DNA from: a bacterium
Lineage (GTDB): Bacteria > Verrucomicrobiota > Kiritimatiellia > RFP12 > CAIWXQ01
Direction of reading: 5' to 3'
NCBI GenBank assembly: GCA_037129105.1
Contig: JBAXVM010000002.1
Coordinates: 1-42,185 of the forward strand
DNA: 42,185 nt
Below, one piece after another: positions 31,193 to 40,976 of the stretch (positions are counted from its first letter, which is position 1; every line of letters starts with the position of its first letter). The notes below the pieces were generated by a model, which ran no database searches, was not told the origin of the DNA, and saw only the letters and a list, made by a program, of their open reading frames with translations. The translations under genes were made by a program, and so were the position numbers.

Positions 31193-31292
31193 CACGGTAG
31201 GGACGGCTTTACGCCGTCCATTGTCTGGCATTTGCGGGTAGACGGCGTAAAGCCAAATACAGCGGCAAGTCAATAAAGCGCAGATGCGCCCC
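31193..31292. repeat. Family B copy in inverted orientation
   Basis: CACGGTAGGGACGGCTTTACGCCGTCCATTGTCTGGC (31193-31229) is the reverse complement of the Family B core. It continues ...GACGGCGTAAAGCC...GCGGCAAGTCAATAAAGCGCAGATGCGCCCC, which is related to the outer arm at 26559-26581. Confidence 0.8.
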
Positions 31293-31312
31293 CCGGCCCG
31301 CAACCCAATCGG

Positions 31313-31736
31313 GTTTGAACAGGAGGCACGGATCGGTTGACGACTACGGCGACGACGCCGGTGGACGAATTCGGAACTCTCCTCGTTAACCGTAGTCGTC
31401 GCCGTAGTCGTCCACCGGGGTAAATGCCAATTCGGAACTCAGCTGGAAGTTTGAACTGCGCCGAAGAACTTGTTTTTGCCGCCAAAGAACGCAAAGAAAC
31501 ACAAAGATCACCGCCTATTTCCAGCCAGCTACTTTGCGATCTTTGTGTTCTTTTGCGGCAAAACAAGCAGCGCCATGCTCCACCGGGGAAGCGCCTGCTG
31601 GCGCCACTACGAACGGTGCGGGTATCTTGCTCTGTTGTCTCTGTGGCCTCCTGTTCAAGAAAACTTGGTAACGGCTCAGGTAGCACGGGCCGGTTGACGA
31701 CTACGGCGACGACTACGGTGGACGAATTCGGAACTC
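31313..31736. repeat. Repeat nest: Family H half-sites enclosing Family J and Family G elements
   Basis: GTTTGAACAGGAGGC (31313-31327) pairs with GCCTCCTGTTCAA (31646-31658). The 46-bp direct repeat CGGTTGACGACTACGGCGACGAC..CGGTGGACGAATTCGGAACTC occurs at 31334-31379 and 31691-31736. The 18-bp perfect IR pairs GACGACTACGGCGACGAC (31339-31356) with GTCGTCGCCGTAGTCGTC (31395-31412). A Family G hairpin spans 31473-31563. Confidence 0.8.
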
Positions 31737-31889
31737 CGCTCGTACTCGCTCCCCGCCTTATCGAAATGAAAAACACCTGCTCCTTCCCGCGTCCGATAGG
31801 GAATGTCGACGGAAGTGCAATGCGTCCTCGACTGGATGCATTCGGTAAATTCGTAGCCAAAAAACGGCAACCGCGCTATTCTGGATGGC

Positions 31890-32792
31890 ATGTCGGTTCA
31901 TCTGGAATCTCCTTACGAGCAGGCCGGTGAGCTCTGGTTGCGCGGCAATCTCCACACGCACACCAAGCGCTCGGATGGCTCCGTCTCGCCGCAGGCCATG
32001 GTCATGGTCTACGCGGCACATGGGTATGACTTTCTGGCCGTGAGCGACCATGACCATGCGCCGGTGCCTCAGGAGGAGGTGGATGACTGCGGCATGATCC
32101 TGCTGCCGGCCGCCGAAGTCACTGCGGATGCCCGGCATGTGCTGAACATCGGCGCAAAGGAGCTGCTGCCGGCGAAGAAAGGCCTTCAGCCGCTGCTCGA
32201 TGAGATCCTGACGAGCGGCGGGTTTTCGGTGCTCTGCCATCCGAGCTGGGGGGAGAACTTCAACCACTACTCGTGGGAGCAGCTCGCCACGCTGAAAAAC
32301 TATGCGGGGATCGAAATTTACAACGGGCTCTCGATTGACCATCCGGGATCGCATCTGGCGGTCGACAAATGGGACCGCCTGCTCTCGCTGGGCCGCCGGG
32401 TGCTCGGGTTTGCCCATGACGATGCGCACACGCCGGAAGACGTGGCGCGCGGCTGGATCATGGCGCTGGTCGTGGAGCGTACGCCGGCTGCCTTGCTGGC
32501 TGCCTTGCGGCGCGGGAGTTTCTACGCCTCCAGCGGCTTGACCATCGAGCGGATCATCTGCGAGGGGCAGAAGTTGATTGTAAACGCGCCGGATGCAACC
32601 GCACTCGCGGTTTTTGGTCGCCATGGGACGCGTATCTGTCAGGTGCCAGGTCCGGAATTGAGGCTCGATGCCACTCATTTTACCGGACCGTACCTGCGCG
32701 TGGAATGCTATGGCGCCGGCAATGCCATGGCCTGGACCCAACCGATCTACGTGCATGGGCACAAACCGGAAAAACAAATCTGCCGCATTTGA
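31890..32792 (+). CDS. PHP-domain metal-dependent phosphoesterase (CehA/McbA-like)
   Basis: LRGNLHTHTKRSDGSVSPQAMVMVYAAHGYDFLAVSDHD is the PHP N-terminal His motif, with later CHPSW and FAHDDAH. Confidence 0.7.
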   Translation: MSVHLESPYEQAGELWLRGNLHTHTKRSDGSVSPQAMVMVYAAHGYDFLAVSDHDHAPVPQEEVDDCGMILLPAAEVTADARHVLNIGAKELLPAKKGLQPLLDEILTSGGFSVLCHPSWGENFNHYSWEQLATLKNYAGIEIYNGLSIDHPGSHLAVDKWDRLLSLGRRVLGFAHDDAHTPEDVARGWIMALVVERTPAALLAALRRGSFYASSGLTIERIICEGQKLIVNAPDATALAVFGRHGTRICQVPGPELRLDATHFTGPYLRVECYGAGNAMAWTQPIYVHGHKPEKQICRI

Positions 32793-32794
32793 CC

Positions 32795-33994
32795 ATGATG
32801 CCTTTATCCACCATGCGCCGGTTCGATACCTGGGTTGGATGGCCGGCGGCCGTCCTGCTCGGGTTAGTGCCGCAACGGCGGCGCACGTTGCCGGTGGCGC
32901 CGCGCCAGATCGTGATCGTCAAGCTTTCCGGTCTCGGGAGCCTGCTGACCTGTGCGGGTGTGTTTCGCGCCCTGCGCAGCAGCCAGCCGCAGGCGCGGCT
33001 GGTGGTGGTGTCGCTCGAAGGCACGGCGGCAGCCGCGCGGTTGATTCCGGAGGTGGATGAAGTGCTGGCGATCTCGGTGGCGGGCGCGGGGAGGCTGCTG
33101 CGCGACGGCTGGCGCGTGCTGCGCGAACTGCGTCGCCGCCGGGTGGATGTCATGGCGGACATCGAATGCTTTTCCAAGCTTAGCACGGTCTTTTGTGCGC
33201 TTGCGGGCGCGCGATATCGGCTGGGCTTTCGTCTGCCGGCGCGCTGGCGGCGGCGCTTGATTGATGGGGGTTGCACCTTCCGCGAGGACATCCATTTCAG
33301 CGCCTGCGTGGCACGCCTGTTGCAGCCGCTGGGCGTGGACTATGGGCGGCTGCCGGCGGCGATCCTGAGCCCTTCGCCGGCCGCGGAAGAGGCGGCCACC
33401 GCGCTGCTGGCAGAGGCACCCGGGGCCCGCTCGGACACAGGCTGGATGGTGGTCAACCCCCACGCCTCGGACCTCTGTGTGCAGCGACGCTGGCCTATGG
33501 AACGGTTTACACAGGTGGTGTCCGCGTTACTGCAGCAACAGCCGGCACTACGGATCGCCATCCCCGGGACCGCGGGCGAACGCGCCCGGGCCGAAGCCTT
33601 GCGCGCCAGCCTTCCCGCAGAACAGCGGGAGCGGGTTAGTGTGCTGGCCGGACGCACGGACCTTGGCACGCTGGCCGCGATTTTGCGACGGAGCCGGCTG
33701 GTGTTGACTGGCGATACGGGCGTGATGCATCTGTCAGCGGCCGTCGGCGCGCCGACGGTGGCGTTGTTCGGACCCGAATCGCCGGTGCGCTATGGCCCTG
33801 TCGGCGGTTTGCACGCGGGCCGGACCGGCCCTATTTATCGGGTTTTGACCGGCGACGTGCCGTGTGGACCCTGTCTCAGCTACATGAATCACAAGCGTGC
33901 GCCTTGCCAGGTCGAACCGGCTGCGTGTATGCTAGCGATTTCAGCCGATGATGTGCAGCGCGCATGTGAGGACGTGTTGAAGGGTGCAGGCTAA
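32795..33994 (+). CDS. Glycosyltransferase family 9 (heptosyltransferase-like)
   Basis: Internal ATG 32795, 3 nt after the upstream stop. Motifs are IVIVKLSGLGSLLTCAGVFRAL and the C-terminal GDTGVMHLSAAVGAPTVALFGP. Confidence 0.8.
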   Translation: MMPLSTMRRFDTWVGWPAAVLLGLVPQRRRTLPVAPRQIVIVKLSGLGSLLTCAGVFRALRSSQPQARLVVVSLEGTAAAARLIPEVDEVLAISVAGAGRLLRDGWRVLRELRRRRVDVMADIECFSKLSTVFCALAGARYRLGFRLPARWRRRLIDGGCTFREDIHFSACVARLLQPLGVDYGRLPAAILSPSPAAEEAATALLAEAPGARSDTGWMVVNPHASDLCVQRRWPMERFTQVVSALLQQQPALRIAIPGTAGERARAEALRASLPAEQRERVSVLAGRTDLGTLAAILRRSRLVLTGDTGVMHLSAAVGAPTVALFGPESPVRYGPVGGLHAGRTGPIYRVLTGDVPCGPCLSYMNHKRAPCQVEPAACMLAISADDVQRACEDVLKGAG

Positions 33995-35286
33995 TGTTCG
34001 TCAGATTATCCAGTGTAGTGGCAGGGAGCGTGTTTGCTCTCTGCCTGGCGCTCCCGGTGATGGCCGATGCGCCGGCTGTTACGGAAGAGGTGTCTAAAAA
34101 CAAGGCCGCCTACCAGCAGAAGTTGCAGGAATTCAAACAGGAGTGCGCCGCGACCAAGGCCGAATGGTCTGCCCGCTATTTGAAAACGCTGGCCGCGCTT
34201 CGTCAAGACGCACAGCAGAAGGGCGATCTGGAGGGGGTGCAGGCGGCGGACGAGGCGATCAAACAGTATGAGAAGCAGGGGGTTCTGGCGCTGAGCGTGC
34301 CGCCGAGCGCCATGCCCGAACTTGCCAGGGCCGGCAAGCTTTGCCGTGAAGCGCAGGGTAATGCCGACGTAGAGGCCGCTCGCAAGGTCCTGGCGTGCAC
34401 GGACCGGTACCTGCAGTTTCTGGAGCAGCGCGTCAAGCAGGCGACGCGCGAGGATCAGCTGGAATTGGCCAAGGCTTTTGACGCGGAAGAAAAGGTTGCC
34501 CGGGAGACGCCCGATTATCAGGCGGCCAGGTTTTTGCTGGCCGACGAGAGCGACGCGGCGATGCCAAAGGACGCGGCCACGAGGGCTGACCCCAAAACGA
34601 CTGCGACCGCCGCGACCAATGCTGCGCCTTTTGTGCTGGCAGAGCCCCGCGTCGGACGCCATGGCGAGTTGTTGCAGGCGCGTCGCGATCCCACGGGAAT
34701 GTATGACGCGGAACGCATGACGGAGGGCTTCAGTCCGGCTGCAGCCGGAACCGCAACTTCCTTCCGGCAGCTGGTGGCAATGGAAACCGGCAAGGCGCCG
34801 TTTTCCGGGGGGGTGGGGATTATAACCGAATGTGTTCAGGATACGGAAGATGTCCAATACCAGTTGCGCATTAAATTGCGGTCTAAAACCGCCAGCACGA
34901 ATCTCACGAATCTGAAGGTGCTGGTGCAGTATTTCGTCAAAAACCCCAACAGCGGGAGCCTTCAGGAGACGCGCACGCTGCAGTTTACTCTGATTCCATT
35001 GCTCGGAGCCAAGAGCATGAGTTGTGAATTCAAAGCCATCGATTTGCCCTCTGCGGCTTTGTCCCGTCGCCGGGGCAAAGCGGAAGACCGTGAGAGCGCC
35101 TTTGTGGCCGTGGTGGTCAGCGTATTTTCTTCGGATGACCGGCTGATCGGGCAGGTCGCCAGCACGCCTGCGCTCAAAGACAAGGGCAAAACGGTCTTTG
35201 AGTTGCCCGCGCGCTGGATGGAGGCGCATCCGCGCGTCCGGCCGAAAGAGCGCCCCGCCCCGCCCGCGCACAAGGCCGCACCCTGA
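33994..35286 (+). CDS. Secreted hypothetical protein
   Basis: The start overlaps the upstream stop (TAATG). The signal peptide is MFVRLSSVVAGSVFALCLALPVMA. The N-terminal half is coiled-coil-like and K/E/Q-rich. I recognise no domain. Confidence 0.55.
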   Translation: MFVRLSSVVAGSVFALCLALPVMADAPAVTEEVSKNKAAYQQKLQEFKQECAATKAEWSARYLKTLAALRQDAQQKGDLEGVQAADEAIKQYEKQGVLALSVPPSAMPELARAGKLCREAQGNADVEAARKVLACTDRYLQFLEQRVKQATREDQLELAKAFDAEEKVARETPDYQAARFLLADESDAAMPKDAATRADPKTTATAATNAAPFVLAEPRVGRHGELLQARRDPTGMYDAERMTEGFSPAAAGTATSFRQLVAMETGKAPFSGGVGIITECVQDTEDVQYQLRIKLRSKTASTNLTNLKVLVQYFVKNPNSGSLQETRTLQFTLIPLLGAKSMSCEFKAIDLPSAALSRRRGKAEDRESAFVAVVVSVFSSDDRLIGQVASTPALKDKGKTVFELPARWMEAHPRVRPKERPAPPAHKAAP

Positions 35287-35324
35287 AAGGCGAAAGCCCG
35301 CCGAAGAGAACGGTACCCGCAAAT

Positions 35325-35365
35325 GCCAGACAATGGACGGCGTAAAGCCGTCCCTACCGTGAAGG
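35325..35365. repeat. Family B core copy
   Basis: GCCAGACAATGGACGGCGTAAAGCCGTCCCTACCGTGAAGG is identical by eye to 26519-26559. Confidence 0.85.
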
Positions 35366-35491
35366 ACAATGAACCGCAACCCGCCGTAAACGGTTGGCGA
35401 ATGGCACCAAAACAAGAAATTTGGCTGTTTTGCCGGGTCTTTGGCTGCCACTTGCGCGTAGATTTTGCTTATGGCGGCGGGTTTCCGGGAA

Positions 35492-35552
35492 CTAGCAGCC
35501 TGGTCGGCAGTTGGCTTGTACCTTTAGAAGGCTAAGCCCGACAGGCTGCTAG
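35492..35552. repeat. Family C long form containing the stop codon of fusA
   Basis: The sequence is CTAGCAGCCTGGTCGGCAGTTGGCTTGTACCTTTAGAAGGCTAAGCCCGACAGGCTGCTAG. The CTA at 35549-35551 is the minus-strand TAG stop of fusA. Confidence 0.85.
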
Positions 35553-37633
35553 CGGATCTTGTTCTCTTTGCGCCGCTTCTCCATGATGGACTCGGCCAGT
35601 TCAAACGGTACAGCTTCGTAGTGTTCGAAGTGCATGGAGAACGACCCGCGTCCCTGCGTGGCGGTACGGATGGCGCTGGAATAGCCGAACATTTCGCCGA
35701 GCGGCACAAAGCCGCGCACCAGCTTGACGCCACCCTTGTCTTCCATCCCTTCGACGCGGCCACGACGCTGGCAGATAGAGCCGGTGGCGGCGCCCATGTA
35801 GTCTTCCGGCACCGTCACCTCCACGTCCATGATCGGCTCCAGCAGCTGCGGGTTCCCCTTCAGGAACAGGTTGCGGAAGCAGACGCGCGCGGCTTCGATG
35901 AACGCAAATTCGTTCGAGTCCACCTCGTGATAGGAGCCGTCGTAGACGGTGACCTTCACGTCCACCACCGGGTAGCCGCCGCACGGACCATGCGCCATGG
36001 CCTTGATGACGCCCTTTTCGATGGCCGGGATGTATTCGGACGGGATGTTGCCGCCCTTGACTTCGTTTTCGAAGACGAATCCGAGGCCCGGGTTCTGGGG
36101 CTCGATGCGCAGGCAAACGTGTGCGAACTGCCCGCGTCCACCCGATTGCTTGACGTGCTTGTAGGCGCCTTCCATGGCCATGGTGATGGTTTCGCGATAG
36201 GCGACTTCCGGACGGCCAACCTCGCAGCCGACGAGAAATTCGCGGCGCAGGCGGTCCACGATGATTTCCAGGTGCAGCTCGCCCATGCCGGAGATAATGG
36301 TCTCGCCGGTCTCCTGATCATAGGCGACAAAAAAGGTCGGATCCTCGCCAGCCAGCGTATGCAGGGAAACGCCGAGCTTCTCGTTGTCGCCGCGGGTGGC
36401 AGGCCGGATGGAGATCGAAATGACGGGCGCAGGGAACTCGATCGATTCCAGCAGAATGGGATGGTCGGGGTCACAGAGCGTGTCGCCGGTGCGGGTCTTG
36501 GCCAGCCCGACCACGGCTACAATATCGCCCGCGTGGGCCATTTCGATCGCCTCCTGTCGGCTGGCATGCATGCGGAACAACCGGCCGATCCGTGCGTCCG
36601 CACCGAGCGTTGTGTTGCGGACAGTGGCTCCGACTTGCAGCGTGCCGGAATAGACGCGCACGAACGTGATCTTGCCCATGTGCTTGTCGGACAGGATCTT
36701 GAACGCCAGGCCGGAGAACGGCTCCTTGTCGTCCGGATTACGTACGATCGTTGGATCGTCAGCCTGGTGGACGGAGCCGACGTCAAGCGGGGAGGGGAGG
36801 AACTTGACGACGCCGTCCAGCAGCGGCTGCACGCCCTTATTCTTGAAGGCTGTGCCGCAGTAAACGGGTACCAGCGCGCGACTGATGCATCCCTTGCGCA
36901 GGCAGGCCACGATCTCGTCCTCGGTCAACGTGTTGCCGGCGAGGTATTTTTCGAGCGTTGCATCGTCCTGTTCGGCGGCTTTTTCCACCAGGTAATGCCG
37001 CCACTTTTCGCATTCCTCGAGCATGGACTCGGGTATGTCTGAAAGGATCAGTTGCACGCCCTTGGTGGCTTCGTCAAAGTGGATGGCTTTCATGGTCAGC
37101 AGGTCAACCACGCCTTCGAAATGCTCCGCCTGGCCGATGGGCAGCACCATGGGGACGGGATTGCCAAGCAGGTCGGCGCGAATTTCCTCGATGACGCCGA
37201 GAAAATCGGCGCCCACGCGGTCCATCTTGTTGATGAAGCAGAGCTTGGGAACCTCGTACTTTTCGCTCTGCCGCCACACCTGCTCGGTCTGGGGCTGCAC
37301 GCCGCCGACGGCGCAAAAGAGCGCGATGGCGCCATCGAGCACCCGCAGGCTGCGCTCCACCTCAGCCGTGAAGTCCACGTGGCCGGGGGTGTCGATCAGA
37401 CTGATCTGGTGGTCCTTCCACAGCACCACGGTGGCGGCGGAGGTGATGGTGATGCCGCGCTCCTGCTCCTGGATCATGTAATCCATGGTGGCGGCGCCAT
37501 CATGGACTTCTCCGATCTTGTAGCTCTTACCGGAATAATAGAGGATGCGTTCGCTGCAAGTCGTTTTGCCGGCGTCAATATGGGCCATGATGCCGATGTT
37601 GCGTACTTGATTCAGGGGGACCGTGGGTGGCAT
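35549..37633 (-). CDS. fusA: Elongation factor G family GTPase, a stand-alone copy
   Basis: [14 protein letters not shown] (G1), DTPGHVDF (G3) and NKMD (G4) are present. Its 694 aa and domains II-V are collinear with EF-G. Confidence 0.9.
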   Translation of the reverse strand: MPPTVPLNQVRNIGIMAHIDAGKTTCSERILYYSGKSYKIGEVHDGAATMDYMIQEQERGITITSAATVVLWKDHQISLIDTPGHVDFTAEVERSLRVLDGAIALFCAVGGVQPQTEQVWRQSEKYEVPKLCFINKMDRVGADFLGVIEEIRADLLGNPVPMVLPIGQAEHFEGVVDLLTMKAIHFDEATKGVQLILSDIPESMLEECEKWRHYLVEKAAEQDDATLEKYLAGNTLTEDEIVACLRKGCISRALVPVYCGTAFKNKGVQPLLDGVVKFLPSPLDVGSVHQADDPTIVRNPDDKEPFSGLAFKILSDKHMGKITFVRVYSGTLQVGATVRNTTLGADARIGRLFRMHASRQEAIEMAHAGDIVAVVGLAKTRTGDTLCDPDHPILLESIEFPAPVISISIRPATRGDNEKLGVSLHTLAGEDPTFFVAYDQETGETIISGMGELHLEIIVDRLRREFLVGCEVGRPEVAYRETITMAMEGAYKHVKQSGGRGQFAHVCLRIEPQNPGLGFVFENEVKGGNIPSEYIPAIEKGVIKAMAHGPCGGYPVVDVKVTVYDGSYHEVDSNEFAFIEAARVCFRNLFLKGNPQLLEPIMDVEVTVPEDYMGAATGSICQRRGRVEGMEDKGGVKLVRGFVPLGEMFGYSSAIRTATQGRGSFSMHFEHYEAVPFELAESIMEKRRKENKIR

Positions 37634-37899
37634 GGTTCAACTCCTTGTGCTCCGTCCGGACGCAGCATGCCAGGCCGCAAAAAAGCAGCAGTCGACGAGG
37701 ACAGGATGAGCTTCGTACAGGTTCGCACAAGGGCGAAACGGCCGGGGAGCGGAACGAGCCGACCAAGGCCACCACGAAAAGCAATCCAGGTCCGCGCGGC
37801 TGTGCGGGCGCGGCGAAGCAACCCTGGGTCCGAAACGGAAAAGCGAATAGTATGCCAGTGCGGGCCAACCAAAACAATGGTTTTCTTTTTTGCCCGGTT

Positions 37900-38292
37900 T
37901 CATTCCAGGTCGCGCGCCAGGAGGCCGTCTTCGTCCAGGCCGAGGTAGTGGCCGATCTCATGGAGCAGCGTGGTGCGAATTTCCTGGCGGTAGCTGGCGG
38001 GCTCATCCCGGGCTTGTGCGCGCAGATTTTCAAGAAATAGCGTGATGGTTGGCGGCTGCGTGGAAACATCCTGGGTGGAGCGCTCCCCGTGGCAAGGCCC
38101 TTCGAACAGCCCCAGAAGGTCATCGGGCCAACCGTCGTTTTGAAGTTGCGGGCCGGGACGGCTCTCGAATAAGACCGGCACATCGCGCAGCCGGTCGCGC
38201 AACACCGCCGGCAGCGCCTGCAGGGTGCTGTGCACCTCGGCTTCGGCCAGCCGCGCCCAGGCTTCCTGCGGCAAGTGGCTTTTGCGGCTCAT
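37900..38292 (-). CDS. Small zinc metallopeptidase family protein (DUF1025/zincin-like)
   Basis: The 130-aa product has the C-terminal motif LLHEIGHYLGLDEDGL. Confidence 0.7.
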   Translation of the reverse strand: MSRKSHLPQEAWARLAEAEVHSTLQALPAVLRDRLRDVPVLFESRPGPQLQNDGWPDDLLGLFEGPCHGERSTQDVSTQPPTITLFLENLRAQARDEPASYRQEIRTTLLHEIGHYLGLDEDGLLARDLE

Positions 38293-38394
38293 GCGGCTGC
38301 ATTTCCCTTGGACGTTGGAAGTTGGACTGATGTTGGGCGTTGAACAGGCTCGATTGCTCTTAGCTTAACACCTATGGGGTGGGCGGCGGCCGGC

Positions 38395-39690
38395 CTACCG
38401 GGTCGCGATTTCCAATGCCTGCTCCATGTCTGCCAGGATGTCCTCTACGTCCTCCAGGCCGATGGACAGGCGGATGTAGTCTGCCGTTACGCCTGTGGCG
38501 AGCTGCTGCTCGGGTGTGAGTTGCTGGTGTGTGGTGGACGCCGGATGGATCACTAGCGTCTTGGCATCGCCAATGTTGGCAAGGTGCGACAGCAACTTGA
38601 CCGAATCGATGAAACGGCTGCCGGCGGTCAAGCCGCCCTGAATGCCGAACCCGACCAGGCCGCCAAAGCCGTTCTTCAAGTACTTGGAGGCTATGGCGTG
38701 GTTGGGATCGTCCTTGAGACCAGGGTAGGTCACCCATTTGACGCGCGGGTTCTTCTGGAGTGCACGGGCCACGGCCAGGGCGTTTTCCGAGTGTCGTTTT
38801 TGCCGCAGCGGCAGTGTTTCCAGTCCGAGCAGGAACTGGTGGGCGTTGAACGGGCTCAGGGCTGCGCCCATGTCGCGCAGCAGCGTGAGACGGATCTTGA
38901 GGATAAACGCCACGTTCCCCATGCCCGGCACGTTCGAAAGGGCGTCCCAGTACTGCAGGCCGTGATAACTCGGGTCCGGCTCGGTGAATTCCGGGAACTT
39001 GCCGTTGTTCCATTGAAATTTGCCGGAGTCCACAATCACGCCGCCCACGGAGGTGCCGTGTCCGCCGATGTACTTGGTGGCTGAACTGGCAATGATGTCG
39101 GCGCCATGCTCGAACGGCCGCACCAACCCCACGCCGACTGTGTTGTCCACGACCAGCGGAATGCCGGCCTCATGCGCGATCTTCGCGATCACCTCGAAGT
39201 CCGGCACGTCCAGCTTGGGGTTGCCGATGGTTTCCACATAGATGGCGCGGGTCTTGGGTGTGATCGCGCGACGGAACGCCTCTGGCGAGCGCGAATCCAC
39301 AAACACCGTGGTGCGCCCCAGCTTGGGGAACGTATGGTGGAGCAGCTGGTAGGTGCCGCCGTAGAGGTTGTTGCCCGCCACAATTTCATCGCCCAGGCGC
39401 GTGATGGCCAGCAGGGCATAGGATATGGCGGCCTGCCCCGAGGCCACGCCGAGCGCGCCGGTGCCGCCTTCGATGGCAGCCATGCGCTGCTCAAAGACAT
39501 CGGTGGTGGGGTTCATGAGGCGGGTGTAGATGTTGCCGAACTCCTTGAGGGCAAAGAGGTTGGCGGCATGCTCCGAATTCTTGAAGACATAGGAGGTGGT
39601 CTGGTAGATCGGTACGGCGCGCGCCCCGGTGGTGGGGTCCGGCTTTTGCCCGGCGTGCAGGGCCAGTGTGTTGAGGTGCAGGTTGCTCAC
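38395..39690 (-). CDS. metY: O-acetylhomoserine sulfhydrylase (PLP-dependent)
   Basis: [26 protein letters not shown]...[17 protein letters not shown]...[12 protein letters not shown] matches the family. I set the start at GTG 39688-39690 because AAGGAG lies 9 nt upstream, giving 431 aa. Confidence 0.85.
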   Translation of the reverse strand: MSNLHLNTLALHAGQKPDPTTGARAVPIYQTTSYVFKNSEHAANLFALKEFGNIYTRLMNPTTDVFEQRMAAIEGGTGALGVASGQAAISYALLAITRLGDEIVAGNNLYGGTYQLLHHTFPKLGRTTVFVDSRSPEAFRRAITPKTRAIYVETIGNPKLDVPDFEVIAKIAHEAGIPLVVDNTVGVGLVRPFEHGADIIASSATKYIGGHGTSVGGVIVDSGKFQWNNGKFPEFTEPDPSYHGLQYWDALSNVPGMGNVAFILKIRLTLLRDMGAALSPFNAHQFLLGLETLPLRQKRHSENALAVARALQKNPRVKWVTYPGLKDDPNHAIASKYLKNGFGGLVGFGIQGGLTAGSRFIDSVKLLSHLANIGDAKTLVIHPASTTHQQLTPEQQLATGVTADYIRLSIGLEDVEDILADMEQALEIATR

Positions 39691-39788
39691 GGATCTGTTC
39701 TCCTTGCGTGGATCGTTGGGTAAAAGTGACTGCGGATCAGTATACCTCTGTCGGCAGGTCCTTGTCGCGGGCAAATTGTGAACCCCTG

Positions 39789-40958
39789 TCAACCGGGCGC
39801 GTCTAGGCGCGTCTGCGCTGCGTTGCCGCCGCTGGGTGCGCGGGCGTTCCGCCCGCGGCTGTGGCGCACGGGAGCGGTTTTCGGTCGCAGCGTATGCCCC
39901 GGTCCTGTGGCCATGCGCCGGCCGAGGCCCGCGATGCGGCCGCGCACACAGCCGACGCAGGCTGCGCCATCCTCATCCACGCACGGCTTGTTCGGATAGA
40001 GCTGGTACAGGCGCCGGTATTTGCCGGGCGTGACGTTTGGCATGAACACGTTGGCGCCAAGCTGCAGCACGCGGTTGCGACCGTCCGGCGCCAGCGCATC
40101 AAAAGCCGTGGTCGCTGGAATGTGCGCCCATGGGTTGAGCAGACGCAGGATGGCCATGGTCTTGAAGTAGATCTCCCGGTCAGCCAGCAGCGGCTTGCCG
40201 CCGAGCGGCGTGCCGGGATGGGCCAGGAACGGGCCGCAGCCGATCATGTCCAGGTCCAGTCGCGTGCAATAAAGGATGTCGCGTGCGAGCGTCGCCAGCG
40301 GCGTGCCCGGCAGGCCGATCATGAACCCGCTGCCGACCTGTATGCCGGCCGTACGCAGATTGCGCAGGCAGAGCTGCCGCTGCACAAAGGTTTCGTCCGG
40401 ATGGATCCGGCGGAACAAGGCCCGGTTCGAGGTTTCGAAGCGCAGCAGGTAGCGGTCGCACCCCGCCGCCGCAAACTGCCGCAACTCCTCCAGCGGCCGT
40501 ACGCCCACGGAGAGCGTGACCGCCGGGATGCCTGCCTGCCGTACGGCCCGCACGATTTTGCACAGTCGCCCGGCCGTAAACCACGGATCCGCGCCGGATT
40601 GCAGGACAACGGTGTTGCACCCCCAGCCGCGGGCCTGCCGGGCCTGCGCGACGATCTCCGCGGGGGTCATGCGGTAGCGCACAAGGTTGCTGCCTCGCCG
40701 GATGCCGCAATAGCCGCATGCGTGGGTGCAGTAGTTCGAGAACTCGATGATCCCCCGCACGTGCACGTCGTCTCCGACCGTCCGGCGCCGCAGGTTGTCA
40801 GCTGCCGCAAAGAGCGCGGCACAATCCTCCCCCTGCGCACGCAGCAGCGTCAGCACTTCCGCGATAGACGGTGTAGGCGCGCGCCGGGAAGGATCCCGGA
40901 ACCGGTGCAGGATGGAGAGGATCGTTGGCATGCTAAAATGGCGCCGCATTCGACTCAT
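39789..40958 (-). CDS. Radical SAM enzyme of the HydE/BioB-like clade (HydE-like)
   Basis: [18 protein letters not shown] carries the CX3CX2C motif. The C-terminal [12 protein letters not shown] carries the CX7CX2C motif known from HydE auxiliary cluster sites. [19 protein letters not shown] is also HydE-like. An alternative start is ATG 40931. Confidence 0.7.
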   Translation of the reverse strand: MSRMRRHFSMPTILSILHRFRDPSRRAPTPSIAEVLTLLRAQGEDCAALFAAADNLRRRTVGDDVHVRGIIEFSNYCTHACGYCGIRRGSNLVRYRMTPAEIVAQARQARGWGCNTVVLQSGADPWFTAGRLCKIVRAVRQAGIPAVTLSVGVRPLEELRQFAAAGCDRYLLRFETSNRALFRRIHPDETFVQRQLCLRNLRTAGIQVGSGFMIGLPGTPLATLARDILYCTRLDLDMIGCGPFLAHPGTPLGGKPLLADREIYFKTMAILRLLNPWAHIPATTAFDALAPDGRNRVLQLGANVFMPNVTPGKYRRLYQLYPNKPCVDEDGAACVGCVRGRIAGLGRRMATGPGHTLRPKTAPVRHSRGRNARAPSGGNAAQTRLDAPG

Positions 40959-40976
40959 AGGCCGCGACGGATCAGG

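Noticed and set aside
31270-31930. ORFs 31270..31860(-) of 196 aa and 31424..31930(+) of 168 aa.
   Set aside because: They are composed entirely of repeat-derived sequence from Families G, H and J, giving peptides such as LFAAKERKETQRS, FFAIFVFFCGK and EQEATETTEQ.
39691-39788. A possible SAM-type riboswitch or promoter in the 98-nt leader upstream of metY.
   Set aside because: The leader is too short for SAM-I, and I could not recognise SAM-II, SAM-SAH or other riboswitch consensus elements by eye. TTGACA overlaps the upstream stop codon, but no suitably spaced -10 follows. An Rfam scan would be needed.
39789-40958. Calling the radical SAM gene a bona fide [FeFe]-hydrogenase maturase HydE.
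   Set aside because: No hydA, hydF or hydG gene is in the window. The motifs support only HydE-like family membership, so I left the gene symbol empty.
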